A DNA stretch of 32,000 nt from Oscillospiraceae bacterium (GTDB lineage: Bacteria > Bacillota > Clostridia > Oscillospirales > Oscillospiraceae): contig JAFXPO010000020.1 in NCBI GenBank assembly GCA_017527825.1, positions 1 to 32,000 of the forward strand, read 5' to 3'. Made by a program: the position numbers and the translations under genes. Shown here piece by piece: positions 7,884 through 15,066 of the stretch. The notes beneath the pieces are model-generated. The model did not search any database. It was not told where the DNA came from and worked only from the letters and a program-made list of their open reading frames with translations. Position 1 is the stretch's first letter. Each line of letters starts with the position of its first letter.

Positions 7884-7988
7884 TGATGCTGGAAAAGCGG
7901 CGCGAATCACCGAAAATAGACGGTTTCCGAGCATTTTACCTTTTCGGAATAGCTGTCAGGGAGCCGCCAGCAAGGAGGCGGAGCAGAA

Positions 7989-8642
7989 ATGAAGATGCAG
8001 TCAGACAACGCCATGATCAGCGTCGAGCTGGATGCGGATATGCTGCAGATGGTCGACAAGGCCCTCGGCGGTTTGAAAAGCGAGAGCCGGAAGGTGCTGA
8101 AAAAAGCCATCAACACGACCGCGAAACAGGCAAAGAAAGACCTGATCAGCAAGGCCAGAGAGGAATACACGGTCAAGGCATCCGTGCTGAACAAGGCGAC
8201 CCAGAAGCACAATGCCACCGTTTCCAATTTGGAGGCGACCATCGAGGTCGAGAGCGCGACGCGGGAGCTGACGGACTTCAAGACCAGAGTATCGAAGCAG
8301 GGAGTCAAGGCCCAGATTTTGAAAAGCAGCTCCATGAAGCTGCTCCAATCCCAGAGGGGCAATCGGGCCAAGGCGTTTATGACCAAGTTCGAGAGTGGCC
8401 ATCAGGCCATCGTTCAGAGGCAGGAAGGACAGACGTACAAGACGGCCAAGGGCCGACAGAAGCGCATGGAGAAGTATGGCCCCCACGCCGACATGACCCA
8501 GATCAAAAAGCTGCTGGCGGTCTCGGCTCCCAAGATGATCGGCAGCGAGAAAAGGGTGTTCGGTATCCTGCGCCCGACGATATACGAGAACCTCATGACA
8601 AACATTCAAAAGGAGATCGACAAGACGCTGGCCTCTCGGTGA
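7989..8642 (+). CDS. phage minor tail protein Z-like / tail completion protein (217 aa)
   Basis: AAGGAGG RBS. The overall pattern (LKSESRKVLKKAINTTAKQAKKDLISKAREEYTVK ... FKTRV ... AFMTKFESGHQAIVQRQ ... IKKLLAVSAPKM) resembles the lambda gpZ family. It lies upstream of the chaperone and tape measure genes. Confidence 0.55.
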   Translation: MKMQSDNAMISVELDADMLQMVDKALGGLKSESRKVLKKAINTTAKQAKKDLISKAREEYTVKASVLNKATQKHNATVSNLEATIEVESATRELTDFKTRVSKQGVKAQILKSSSMKLLQSQRGNRAKAFMTKFESGHQAIVQRQEGQTYKTAKGRQKRMEKYGPHADMTQIKKLLAVSAPKMIGSEKRVFGILRPTIYENLMTNIQKEIDKTLASR

Positions 8643-8840
8643 GCGGCGGAGCCGGAGGCCCAGCGCATAGGCGCAGCCTCTGCAGAGGCACCCAGCACCC
8701 CCCACCCCCACCGTAGGTACTACCGACGCCCCCTCCCCAATGCGGGGCGAGGAAGGCGCGAAAGTTTGCTCCGTAAAATCAAAATTTTTTCCGGCGTTTC
8801 GTTACGCGAACCCTACATATCCCATTTTGGAGGCGAGAAA

Positions 8841-9182
8841 ATGGAGAACCAGAACGTCAGCCATGTGTTGAAATTAAGCCAGCCCTACACCTTCCGAGAC
8901 CAGTCATATGCAGAAATCAACCTCTCCGGCATGGAGAATATGACCGCCGCCGACATGATCGCCGCCGAGGCATACCTGATCCACGAGGGGCTGTTCACGA
9001 CTGAAAAAGAGGACACATTAGAGTACAGTTTTTTCATTGCAAGCCGATTTTCAGGGCTTCCAATGCAGTTTTTTATGCAGTTTAAGCCAAAAGATGCCGC
9101 CCGGTTAAGGGCGGCAGTCAAGGAATACATGGGCAGCGATGCCGACGAAGGGAGCGGTGAACGACATGGCAAAAACAAATAA
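8841..9182 (+). CDS. phage tail assembly chaperone-like protein (113 aa)
   Basis: GGAGG RBS then ATG 8841. It lies immediately upstream of, and overlaps, the tape-measure gene. The pattern YAEINLSG...TAADMIAAEAY...FSGLPMQFFMQFKPKDAARLRAAVKEYM resembles the gpE/gp41-type chaperones. Confidence 0.55.
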   Translation: MENQNVSHVLKLSQPYTFRDQSYAEINLSGMENMTAADMIAAEAYLIHEGLFTTEKEDTLEYSFFIASRFSGLPMQFFMQFKPKDAARLRAAVKEYMGSDADEGSGERHGKNK

Positions 9183-11655
9183 AGAGTACGAGCTGGCAAT
9201 AAAGATCGCCGGGAAGATCGACCCTTCCCTTGGCGCTTCGGCCAAAAAGGCGGCGAGTACCCTCTCCAAGCTGGGCGGAGCCGTTGGCACGATGGCCAAG
9301 GCGGCAGGAATTGCCATCGGAGCGGCAACCACGGCAGCGGTCGCGTTCGCAAAGAGCGCCGTCGATGCGGGAATGCAGTTCGACTCGGCCATGTCGCAGG
9401 TCGCCGCGACGATGGGAACCACCGTCGACCAGATCGACCAGCTGCGGGACTTCGCCATGGAGATGGGCAGCAAGACCGCTTTCTCCGCTTCAGAGGCGGC
9501 GGAGGCCCTGAACTTCATGGCGCTGGCCGGATACGATGCACAGACCTCCATGGCGATGTTGCCGAACGTCCTTAATCTTGCCGCTGCCGGTACGATGGAG
9601 CTGAAGGATGCCTCGGATATGATTACCGACGCGCAGAGCGCCCTCGGCCTCTCGTTGGAGCAGACCAGCGCAATGGTCGACCAGATGGCGCGAGCGTCCT
9701 CCAGAACCAACACCAGCGTCTCACAGCTCGGCGAGGCGATCCTCACCGTCGGCGGCACGGCCCAGTACATGGCCGGAGGCACCAACGAACTCAGCACCGT
9801 TCTCGGTGTTCTGGCCGACAACGGCATCAAGGGCAGCGAGGGCGGAACGCACCTCCGCAATATGCTCCTGAAGCTCTCCTCGCCGACAGCAGACGCAACC
9901 AAGCTGTTAAACCGGCTCGGCGTTCAGGTGTTCGACGCGGAAGGGAATATGCGGAGCTTCACCGAGGTATTCCCGGAGCTGAACGCCGCCATGGCCGACA
10001 TGACCGACCAAGAGCGGCTCGACGCAATGGCTACGCTGTTCAATTCCCGTGACATCGCCTCCGCAACAGCACTGCTTGGAACCACCACCGAGCGCTGGGA
10101 GGAACTGACCGCCGCGATAGAGGACAGCGCCGGAGCCGCCGAGCAGATGGCCAACACCCAGCTCGACAACCTCGCTGGCGACATCACGCTGTGGAAATCG
10201 GCACTGGAAGGAGCGCAGATCACGCTCTCCGACCAGCTGACCCCGACGCTGCGGCAGTTCGTCCAGTTCGGAACCAGCGGCATTACGCAGCTATCCGATG
10301 CATTCAAGGAGGGCGGACTGAGCGGAGCCATGGAGGCGTTCGGCTCTATTTTGAGCGACGGCCTGAACATGGTGATCGCGGCGCTGCCAGAGATGGTGGA
10401 CGCAGGAATGCAGCTCCTCGGAGCGCTGGGCGAGGGCATCATAGCGAACCTTCCCGTGCTCACTGATGCAGTGGTGGAGATCGTTTTAATGTTTGTGGAT
10501 GGGATTGCAAAGGCGCTTCCTCAAATTGCCGCTGCATTGCCGGTAATCTTGGCGACTCTTGCAAACGGAATCGCTGATGCGCTGCCAGAACTCATACCAG
10601 TATTGGTGGAATCATTTTTACAGATATTTGATGCGCTTCTCGATCCTAGAACATTTGATACTTTGCTCAACGGAACAATACAACTCGCAGTCGGGCTGGT
10701 TAACGGCGTGATCGAGGCGCTCCCCAGCATTGTCGCCAGAATTCCGGCATACCTCGCTTACCTCTCAGGCGCGCTTTTGTCAGACGCGGCTTTCCGTGCC
10801 ATGCCCGCGGTGATCGAAGCGATTAAGAGCGTGCTCCTGCAACTAAAAGACGTAATGGTCGAATTGCTCAGGCCCATAGTTGATGAAATGACTGCCGCTT
10901 TTGGACTGGCGTGGGAAGCAATAAAATACATTTTCGCCCCGGTCGGCGAGTTCTTCTCCGGCGTTTGGAGCGGCATCAAGGGAGCCTTCGGAGCGGTGAC
11001 GGACTGGTTCTCCGGCGTTTTCACCGACGCATGGACAGCGGTCAAGGACGTGTTCAGCAAAGGCGGCGAGATTTTCACCGGCATCGTGGACGGCATCCTC
11101 GACGGCTTTAAGGTCGTGGTGAACGGCATCATCGGAGGGCTGAACGCCGTGATCAAGGTACCTTTCAACGGCATCAACACGGCGCTCCGCACCATCCGCG
11201 ACATCAACATCCTCGGCGTTACCCCGTTCAGCTGGATCACCGAGATCGGCGTCCCGCAAATCCCCATGCTGGCGGAGGGCGGCGTGGTCAACCAAGCCAC
11301 AACCCTGATTGCTGGCGAAGCAGGAAGCGAGGCCATCGTCCCGCTTTCAGAGCTGTGGGCGCAGCTGCAGGACATGATCTCCGACAGCATCGGCGGCGCG
11401 AGCGACAGGATCGCCGACCTTCTCACGGAGCTGGACGGTACTGGCAGCGAGGGAGAGGCGGAGCAACACGATAGCAGCGGCGTCATGTACCAGATCACCT
11501 ACAGCCCGGAGAACCATTATCATTTCGATAGCAGCGCACCCAGCAGCGAGGACATTGCGGGAGCGGAGCGCATGAGTCAGGATGAATTCAATCGCAAGAT
11601 GGCGCAGTGGATGAAAGACGCGGCCCGAAAAGGTTTCAGCCCGGTAATGGCCTAA
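9166..11655 (+). CDS. phage tail tape measure protein, TP901-family core (829 aa)
   Basis: N-terminal core FAKSAVDAGMQFDSAMSQVAATMG...EMGSKTAFSASEAAEALNFMALAGYD...RTNTSVSQLGEA...GSEGGTHLRNMLLKL...LFNSRDIASATALL. C-terminal LAEGGVVNQATTLIAGEAGSEAIVPL. Confidence 0.9.
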   Translation: MAKTNKEYELAIKIAGKIDPSLGASAKKAASTLSKLGGAVGTMAKAAGIAIGAATTAAVAFAKSAVDAGMQFDSAMSQVAATMGTTVDQIDQLRDFAMEMGSKTAFSASEAAEALNFMALAGYDAQTSMAMLPNVLNLAAAGTMELKDASDMITDAQSALGLSLEQTSAMVDQMARASSRTNTSVSQLGEAILTVGGTAQYMAGGTNELSTVLGVLADNGIKGSEGGTHLRNMLLKLSSPTADATKLLNRLGVQVFDAEGNMRSFTEVFPELNAAMADMTDQERLDAMATLFNSRDIASATALLGTTTERWEELTAAIEDSAGAAEQMANTQLDNLAGDITLWKSALEGAQITLSDQLTPTLRQFVQFGTSGITQLSDAFKEGGLSGAMEAFGSILSDGLNMVIAALPEMVDAGMQLLGALGEGIIANLPVLTDAVVEIVLMFVDGIAKALPQIAAALPVILATLANGIADALPELIPVLVESFLQIFDALLDPRTFDTLLNGTIQLAVGLVNGVIEALPSIVARIPAYLAYLSGALLSDAAFRAMPAVIEAIKSVLLQLKDVMVELLRPIVDEMTAAFGLAWEAIKYIFAPVGEFFSGVWSGIKGAFGAVTDWFSGVFTDAWTAVKDVFSKGGEIFTGIVDGILDGFKVVVNGIIGGLNAVIKVPFNGINTALRTIRDINILGVTPFSWITEIGVPQIPMLAEGGVVNQATTLIAGEAGSEAIVPLSELWAQLQDMISDSIGGASDRIADLLTELDGTGSEGEAEQHDSSGVMYQITYSPENHYHFDSSAPSSEDIAGAERMSQDEFNRKMAQWMKDAARKGFSPVMA

Positions 11656-11777
11656 TCCTTCAGATCAGGCCACTCCCTCAAAAAAGAAGAAAGCCGCTCC
11701 GCGTTCGGAACGGCCTCCCCGCGAGATAGATATGGTGGTGGCACCCCTATCCTATCACAAAGGGAGGCCCGAATGCA

Positions 11778-12515
11778 ATGGCCACGAATGAAGAACTCGT
11801 TTTAACAATTCAGGCAGGTGAACGTAACCGCCTTCCGGAGCTTTGGAAGCAGGTGGAGCGGTTCGCACGAATGATGGCGCGGAGGCGCGTCAACCTCGCG
11901 GGAGAACTGGGAGGGGCCACGGTTCAGGATTTGTACCAATCGGGCTACATAGCTCTCGTAGAGGCTGCCGAAACATGGTCGGCAGCTCCCGGATATAAAT
12001 TTTTGACGTGGTATGAGTTCTACCTAAAAACTGCATTTGCCGAGGCCGGAGGGTACCGAAGCGACAAGCAGGCCCATGATCCGCTCCAACACGCAGCGAG
12101 TCTTGACGCGCCAGCTGGTGAGGATGCTGATGGTGATGCGCTGATCGACCTCGTACCTGCCACAAACGACCCCATCGCCGAGATCGAGGAACAGGTATAC
12201 AATGAGCAGCTCCACGATGCACTGGAAACCGCTCTGCGGCAGCTCCCCTCGGATGAAGAAGTGGTCATAAGGGCGATATACTACGAGGGGAAAACCCTCC
12301 GCGAGATTGGCCCACGGGCCAAGGATGTACAGCAGCGAGCATTGGAACACCTGCGCCGTCCGCTGGTCAGCCGCGATCTGCGCCAATTCATCGAGTTGCG
12401 AGTTCCCAGATATCAAATAGGCCGAGGGTTCAGTTATACCCGCGTTTCAGCGGATGAACTGGCCTCTATGCTGCGAGATCGGACGAAAACACCGGCTGCT
12501 TATGCAGGGAGATAG
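11778..12515 (+). CDS. sigma-70 family RNA polymerase sigma factor (ECF-like, 245 aa)
   Basis: Region 2-like DLYQSGYIALVEAAETW...FLTWYEFYLKTAF. Region 4-like LPSDEEVVIRAIYYEGKTLREIGPRAKDVQQRALEHLRR. AAGGGAGG RBS. Confidence 0.8.
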   Translation: MATNEELVLTIQAGERNRLPELWKQVERFARMMARRRVNLAGELGGATVQDLYQSGYIALVEAAETWSAAPGYKFLTWYEFYLKTAFAEAGGYRSDKQAHDPLQHAASLDAPAGEDADGDALIDLVPATNDPIAEIEEQVYNEQLHDALETALRQLPSDEEVVIRAIYYEGKTLREIGPRAKDVQQRALEHLRRPLVSRDLRQFIELRVPRYQIGRGFSYTRVSADELASMLRDRTKTPAAYAGR

Positions 12516-12526
12516 GAGAAAATAAA

Positions 12527-12946
12527 ATGGTAACCATGCCTCAGACCCGAAAAGATGTTAAAGAGCGGCTCCGCATTTACCGCCGAGCCGAGGCCCAAAG
12601 AATTATTCTGATTGAGCGGCGCGAGAAGATGCTGGCAGAGTTGCGGCAAACGAACACAGACCCAAGAACACCGAACCATGCCCTTGATGAGATCAGCGCA
12701 ACGCTGACATCCCAAATCAGGGAGCAGGACAACATGATGCTGGAGGCCGTGGAGCTTATGGCACGTCTGCCCTCTGGCTCTATGGAGAGGATCATCGTAG
12801 AGCTGCGGCATATCGAGGGCCTGAGCTGGGCTGAAATTTCTAGTGCGCTCAGTTTGAGCAAAAGCCCCCTATTTGCTTACTACGGCAACGCCCTCGATAT
12901 GTTGGGAGAGAGCCTGTCAGCTGAGAACAAAGCTCCGTCAACGTAG
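12527..12946 (+). CDS. sigma region-4-only / RinA-ArpU-DUF1492-like phage transcriptional regulator (139 aa)
   Basis: C-terminal RIIVELRHIEGLSWAEISSALSLSKSPLFAYYGNALDML looks like a sigma-70 region 4 HTH. AGGAGA RBS. Confidence 0.55.
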   Translation: MVTMPQTRKDVKERLRIYRRAEAQRIILIERREKMLAELRQTNTDPRTPNHALDEISATLTSQIREQDNMMLEAVELMARLPSGSMERIIVELRHIEGLSWAEISSALSLSKSPLFAYYGNALDMLGESLSAENKAPST

Positions 12947-13200
12947 GAAGGACAGCAACATGAAGATGATGAACCAGAAGGGCGAAACCCTCCACCACGT
13001 TTGATACCTCTTCGGCGCACGGCTCCCAGAGCGGCGCTGTGCGCCGGGTTCCTCCTTACCCTTGCGCACGGCTACCCCACTCTGGCCCGTCCGCCTTTTT
13101 TCTTTTGGAAAAAAGAGGCACGTTCCCGCCGAGGGCATCAAAGTTTACATCCCCGGAGCGTTCGAGCCGCCACAGGGCAACTGTGGGCGCGAGAGAGGGC

Positions 13201-13235
13201 AAAACGAAAGGCGGACGCTTCCACAGCGCCCGCCT
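13201..13235 (-). terminator. rho-independent terminator of the minus-strand TA operon
   Basis: Minus-strand hairpin at 13209-13235 (9-bp stem with one mismatch) starting 3 nt after the stop at 13239. A U-rich tract follows (plus-strand aaaacgaa, 13201-13208). Confidence 0.55.
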
Positions 13236-13238
13236 CAT

Positions 13239-13424
13239 TCATTTTGCTGATGCGCTCGCTTTCCGCTCCGCTTTCCAGCATTCGTAGGCCTCCCTCACGG
13301 CAGGATCGTTCCATGCTTGGAGTGCGCTGGTGTAGACCACCTGCGCGATGTTCTCCTTGATGTGGCTCGGCACCGATGCCGGGTCGAACTTTCCGCCGGT
13401 CGCGGTGATTCTGAATTCCTTCAT
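13239..13424 (-). CDS. small hypothetical protein (61 aa), last gene of the TA operon
   Basis: Strong GAAGGAGGG RBS 6 nt upstream of the ATG. It lies 33 nt downstream of the toxin gene on the same strand. Confidence 0.6.
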   Translation of the reverse strand: MKEFRITATGGKFDPASVPSHIKENIAQVVYTSALQAWNDPAVREAYECWKAERKASASAK

Positions 13425-13457
13425 GTGCGGCCCTCCTTCTCGGTGCGGCGTCGCCGC

Positions 13458-13730
13458 TCAAAAGAGATCGCTGTGCGTTCCCGTTCGCATCAGGTACAGC
13501 ACCAGCTCCGTATCGTCGACCTCGTAGACCAGCAGCCAGTCCGGCGTGATGTGGCATTCACGACACCCGGCATAGTCGCCCTGCAGATCGTGATCCTTGT
13601 ACTGCGGAGGCAGCGGCTGACCGTCGGCCAGAATGGCGATCACCGCCTCCAAGAGCCGGAGATCGTACCCGCGCTTTTTGATGCGCTTATAGTCCCGCTT
13701 GAATTTGGATTGATAGCTAATCGTCAGCAT
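13458..13730 (-). CDS. type II toxin, YafQ/RelE-family mRNA interferase (90 aa)
   Basis: KRDYKRIKKRGYDLRLLEAVIAILADGQPLPPQYKDHDLQGDYAGCRECHITPDWLLVYEVDDTELVLYLMRTGTHSDLF matches the YafQ-family hallmarks (H.L.G......RE.HI.PDWLL.Y ... RTG.HSDLF). Confidence 0.9.
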   Translation of the reverse strand: MLTISYQSKFKRDYKRIKKRGYDLRLLEAVIAILADGQPLPPQYKDHDLQGDYAGCRECHITPDWLLVYEVDDTELVLYLMRTGTHSDLF

Positions 13731-13935
13731 TCAGATCCTCCATCAGCTCCGCCACGGAGGAAAAGCGTCTGCTTATCCCGATCCCGTTCCGAGCGTCCTC
13801 AATGGCCTTGGCCGTTTCCGCATTCGGAACCTCGGCCCCCTCGGCGGCGATGCCCTGAACATAGGCGAGGATATAACCCAGCTTGTGTTCCGGCACGACA
13901 TCAAGCAGAGAAATGATCTGCTCCCGGTTACTCAT
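13717..13935 (-). CDS. antitoxin with DinJ-like C-terminal toxin-binding segment (72 aa)
   Basis: AAAGGTGA RBS then ATG 13935. The C-terminus PNAETAKAIEDARNGIGISRRFSSVAELMEDLNADD parallels the E. coli DinJ C-terminus (PNQLTIQSIKNSEAGIDVHKAKDADDLFDKLGI). There is a 14-nt overlap with the toxin start. Confidence 0.7.
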   Translation of the reverse strand: MSNREQIISLLDVVPEHKLGYILAYVQGIAAEGAEVPNAETAKAIEDARNGIGISRRFSSVAELMEDLNADD

Positions 13936-14158
13936 CACTTTCACCTTTCCTTTCCTCTGGCGCGTACTCCAGAATATCCCCCGGCTGGCAACCGAGCAAT
14001 TCACAGATGCGCCCGATGTTCGCCCACGACACGAGGTTCCCCGTTCGGAGCTGCTGGATCGTACTCTCGGCGAGCAGCTTCTCCCGCCGGAGGTTGGTAG
14101 TATTGTGGCCGCTTGCTTTGAGAGCGGCCAGCACGTTTACTTTGTACTGCACAGGCAT
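13928..14158 (-). CDS. XRE-family (HTH_26/YozG-like) small transcriptional regulator (76 aa)
   Basis: VNVLAALKASGHNTTNLRREKLLAESTIQQLRTGNLVSWANIGRICELLGCQPGDILEY. AAGGGGGA RBS. It overlaps the antitoxin start by 8 nt. Confidence 0.85.
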   Translation of the reverse strand: MPVQYKVNVLAALKASGHNTTNLRREKLLAESTIQQLRTGNLVSWANIGRICELLGCQPGDILEYAPEERKGESDE

Positions 14159-14218
14159 TTCTCACATTCCCCCTTCCGGGGAGCGCCGCATAAAGCGACT
14201 TCCTCTCCCACTATAGGC

Positions 14219-14247
14219 ATTTTAGCACAGTATTACACAGAAATCAA
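14219..14247 (-). promoter_or_regulatory. leftward promoter candidate of the XRE-antitoxin-toxin operon
   Basis: On the minus strand: TTGATT (14242-14247), 17 nt, TAAAAT (14219-14224). Confidence 0.55.
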
Positions 14248-14323
14248 GTGTAAATAGTACCCAAAGATTACACCAAAACCTTGTGCAATACTCCATATTG
14301 CAATACACAGAAATATGGTGTAA
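14233..14323. promoter_or_regulatory. three phased 21-bp dyad operator-like sites (TTACAC-N9-GTGTAA)
   Basis: Site 1 is 14233-14253, TTACAC agaaatcaa GTGTAA (perfect). Site 2 is 14268-14288, TTACAC caaaacctt GTGCAA. Site 3 is 14303-14323, ATACAC agaaatatg GTGTAA. The starts are spaced exactly 35 bp apart. Sites 1 and 3 overlap the two divergent promoters. Confidence 0.7.
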
Positions 14324-14326
14324 TAT
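14298..14326 (+). promoter_or_regulatory. rightward promoter candidate
   Basis: TTGCAA (14298-14303), 17 nt, TAATAT (14321-14326). Confidence 0.55.
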
Positions 14327-14540
14327 AGTAGACAGAAGGAGGGAACACCGAGCCGAGGACAGACGGTCGGCGAACCTGAAGCCGGTACACGGGTGAGCGG
14401 CAGCGAGCGACAGCGAGAGTCCCGAACCCTTCAGGCGGTGAACCCCAAAGCAAACAGGAGCGGGAAACGCATTCCCCAGTAGGCCAGAGGCGCGAACGGA
14501 CTCACGCCCCGCTCCACCGAAAAAGAAAGGAGTTCAGACC

Positions 14541-14816
14541 ATGACAGACAAGCAGCTGAACAACAGGATCGCCAAGCTCCAGGGCATCGAGGCCCAGATG
14601 AAGGAGCTGGAGGACGCCGCCGAGAAGATCAGAACCGAGATCAAGGCTGACCTCGAAGCGAAGGGTGAGGACGAACACAACACCGGCAGCTTCATCATCC
14701 GCTGGAAAGAGATCATCAGCCGCCGCCTCGACAGCAAGGCCCTCAAAGCAGCCCTGCCGGACGTGTTCACCGCCTACAGCAAGGAGAGCAGCACCCGCCG
14801 CTTCTCCATCGCGTGA
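14541..14816 (+). CDS. hypothetical coiled-coil protein (91 aa)
   Basis: GAAAGGAG RBS then ATG 14541. The composition is protein-like. I recognised no family. Confidence 0.6.
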   Translation: MTDKQLNNRIAKLQGIEAQMKELEDAAEKIRTEIKADLEAKGEDEHNTGSFIIRWKEIISRRLDSKALKAALPDVFTAYSKESSTRRFSIA

Positions 14817-14827
14817 GGGTGCCGACC

Positions 14828-14971
14828 ATGCCGACCGGCACCATGATCCTGACGATCCTCGGCGCGATCCACGCCACAGCGCAGCTGATGCACCTGATCG
14901 AATGGCTCGACACGCCGCACACAAAGAAAGCCCCACACCCGGACAGGCCGACCAAAGCAAGCCGAGTGTGA
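14828..14971 (+). CDS. small hydrophobic-N-terminus peptide (47 aa), hypothetical
   Basis: ATG 14828 lies 12 nt after the previous stop. Translation MPTGTMILTILGAIHATAQLMHLIEWLDTPHTKKAPHPDRPTKASRV. It is below the ORF-track cutoff and has only a weak RBS (GAGGGTG). Confidence 0.3.
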   Translation: MPTGTMILTILGAIHATAQLMHLIEWLDTPHTKKAPHPDRPTKASRV

Positions 14972-15066
14972 AGCCACAAGACCAGCACCCACGGGGGAGC
15001 CGGTACCGCCATTATACCGGCTCCCCTTCGGAAAAACAAGAAGAATTTCGAGGAGGAACAACAGAA

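Noticed and set aside
7883-8716. 277-aa plus-strand ORF overlapping the gpZ-like gene in another frame.
   Set aside because: The translation is low-complexity Arg/Gly/Gln/Asp-rich with no RBS. The 7989 frame has an AAGGAGG RBS and a protein-like sequence.
9029-9035. T TTT TTC slippery heptamer in the zero frame of the tail chaperone gene, as a possible G/GT-type programmed -1 frameshift.
   Set aside because: The -1 frame terminates after about 16 codons (stop near 9083), so no extended chaperone fusion is produced. The +1 frame opens only at 9109 and is simply the tape-measure frame. There is no room for a GT-like extension.
12960-13004. 14-codon ORF (MKMMNQKGETLHHV) with an AGGAAGGA-like RBS just after the sigma-like gene. 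Several 60-139-aa ORFs also lie across 12938-13557 on both strands.
   Set aside because: The mini-ORF is too short to support without expression data. The larger ORFs are Arg/Pro/Ala-rich frame noise. They overlap the convergent intergenic terminator region and the real minus-strand genes.
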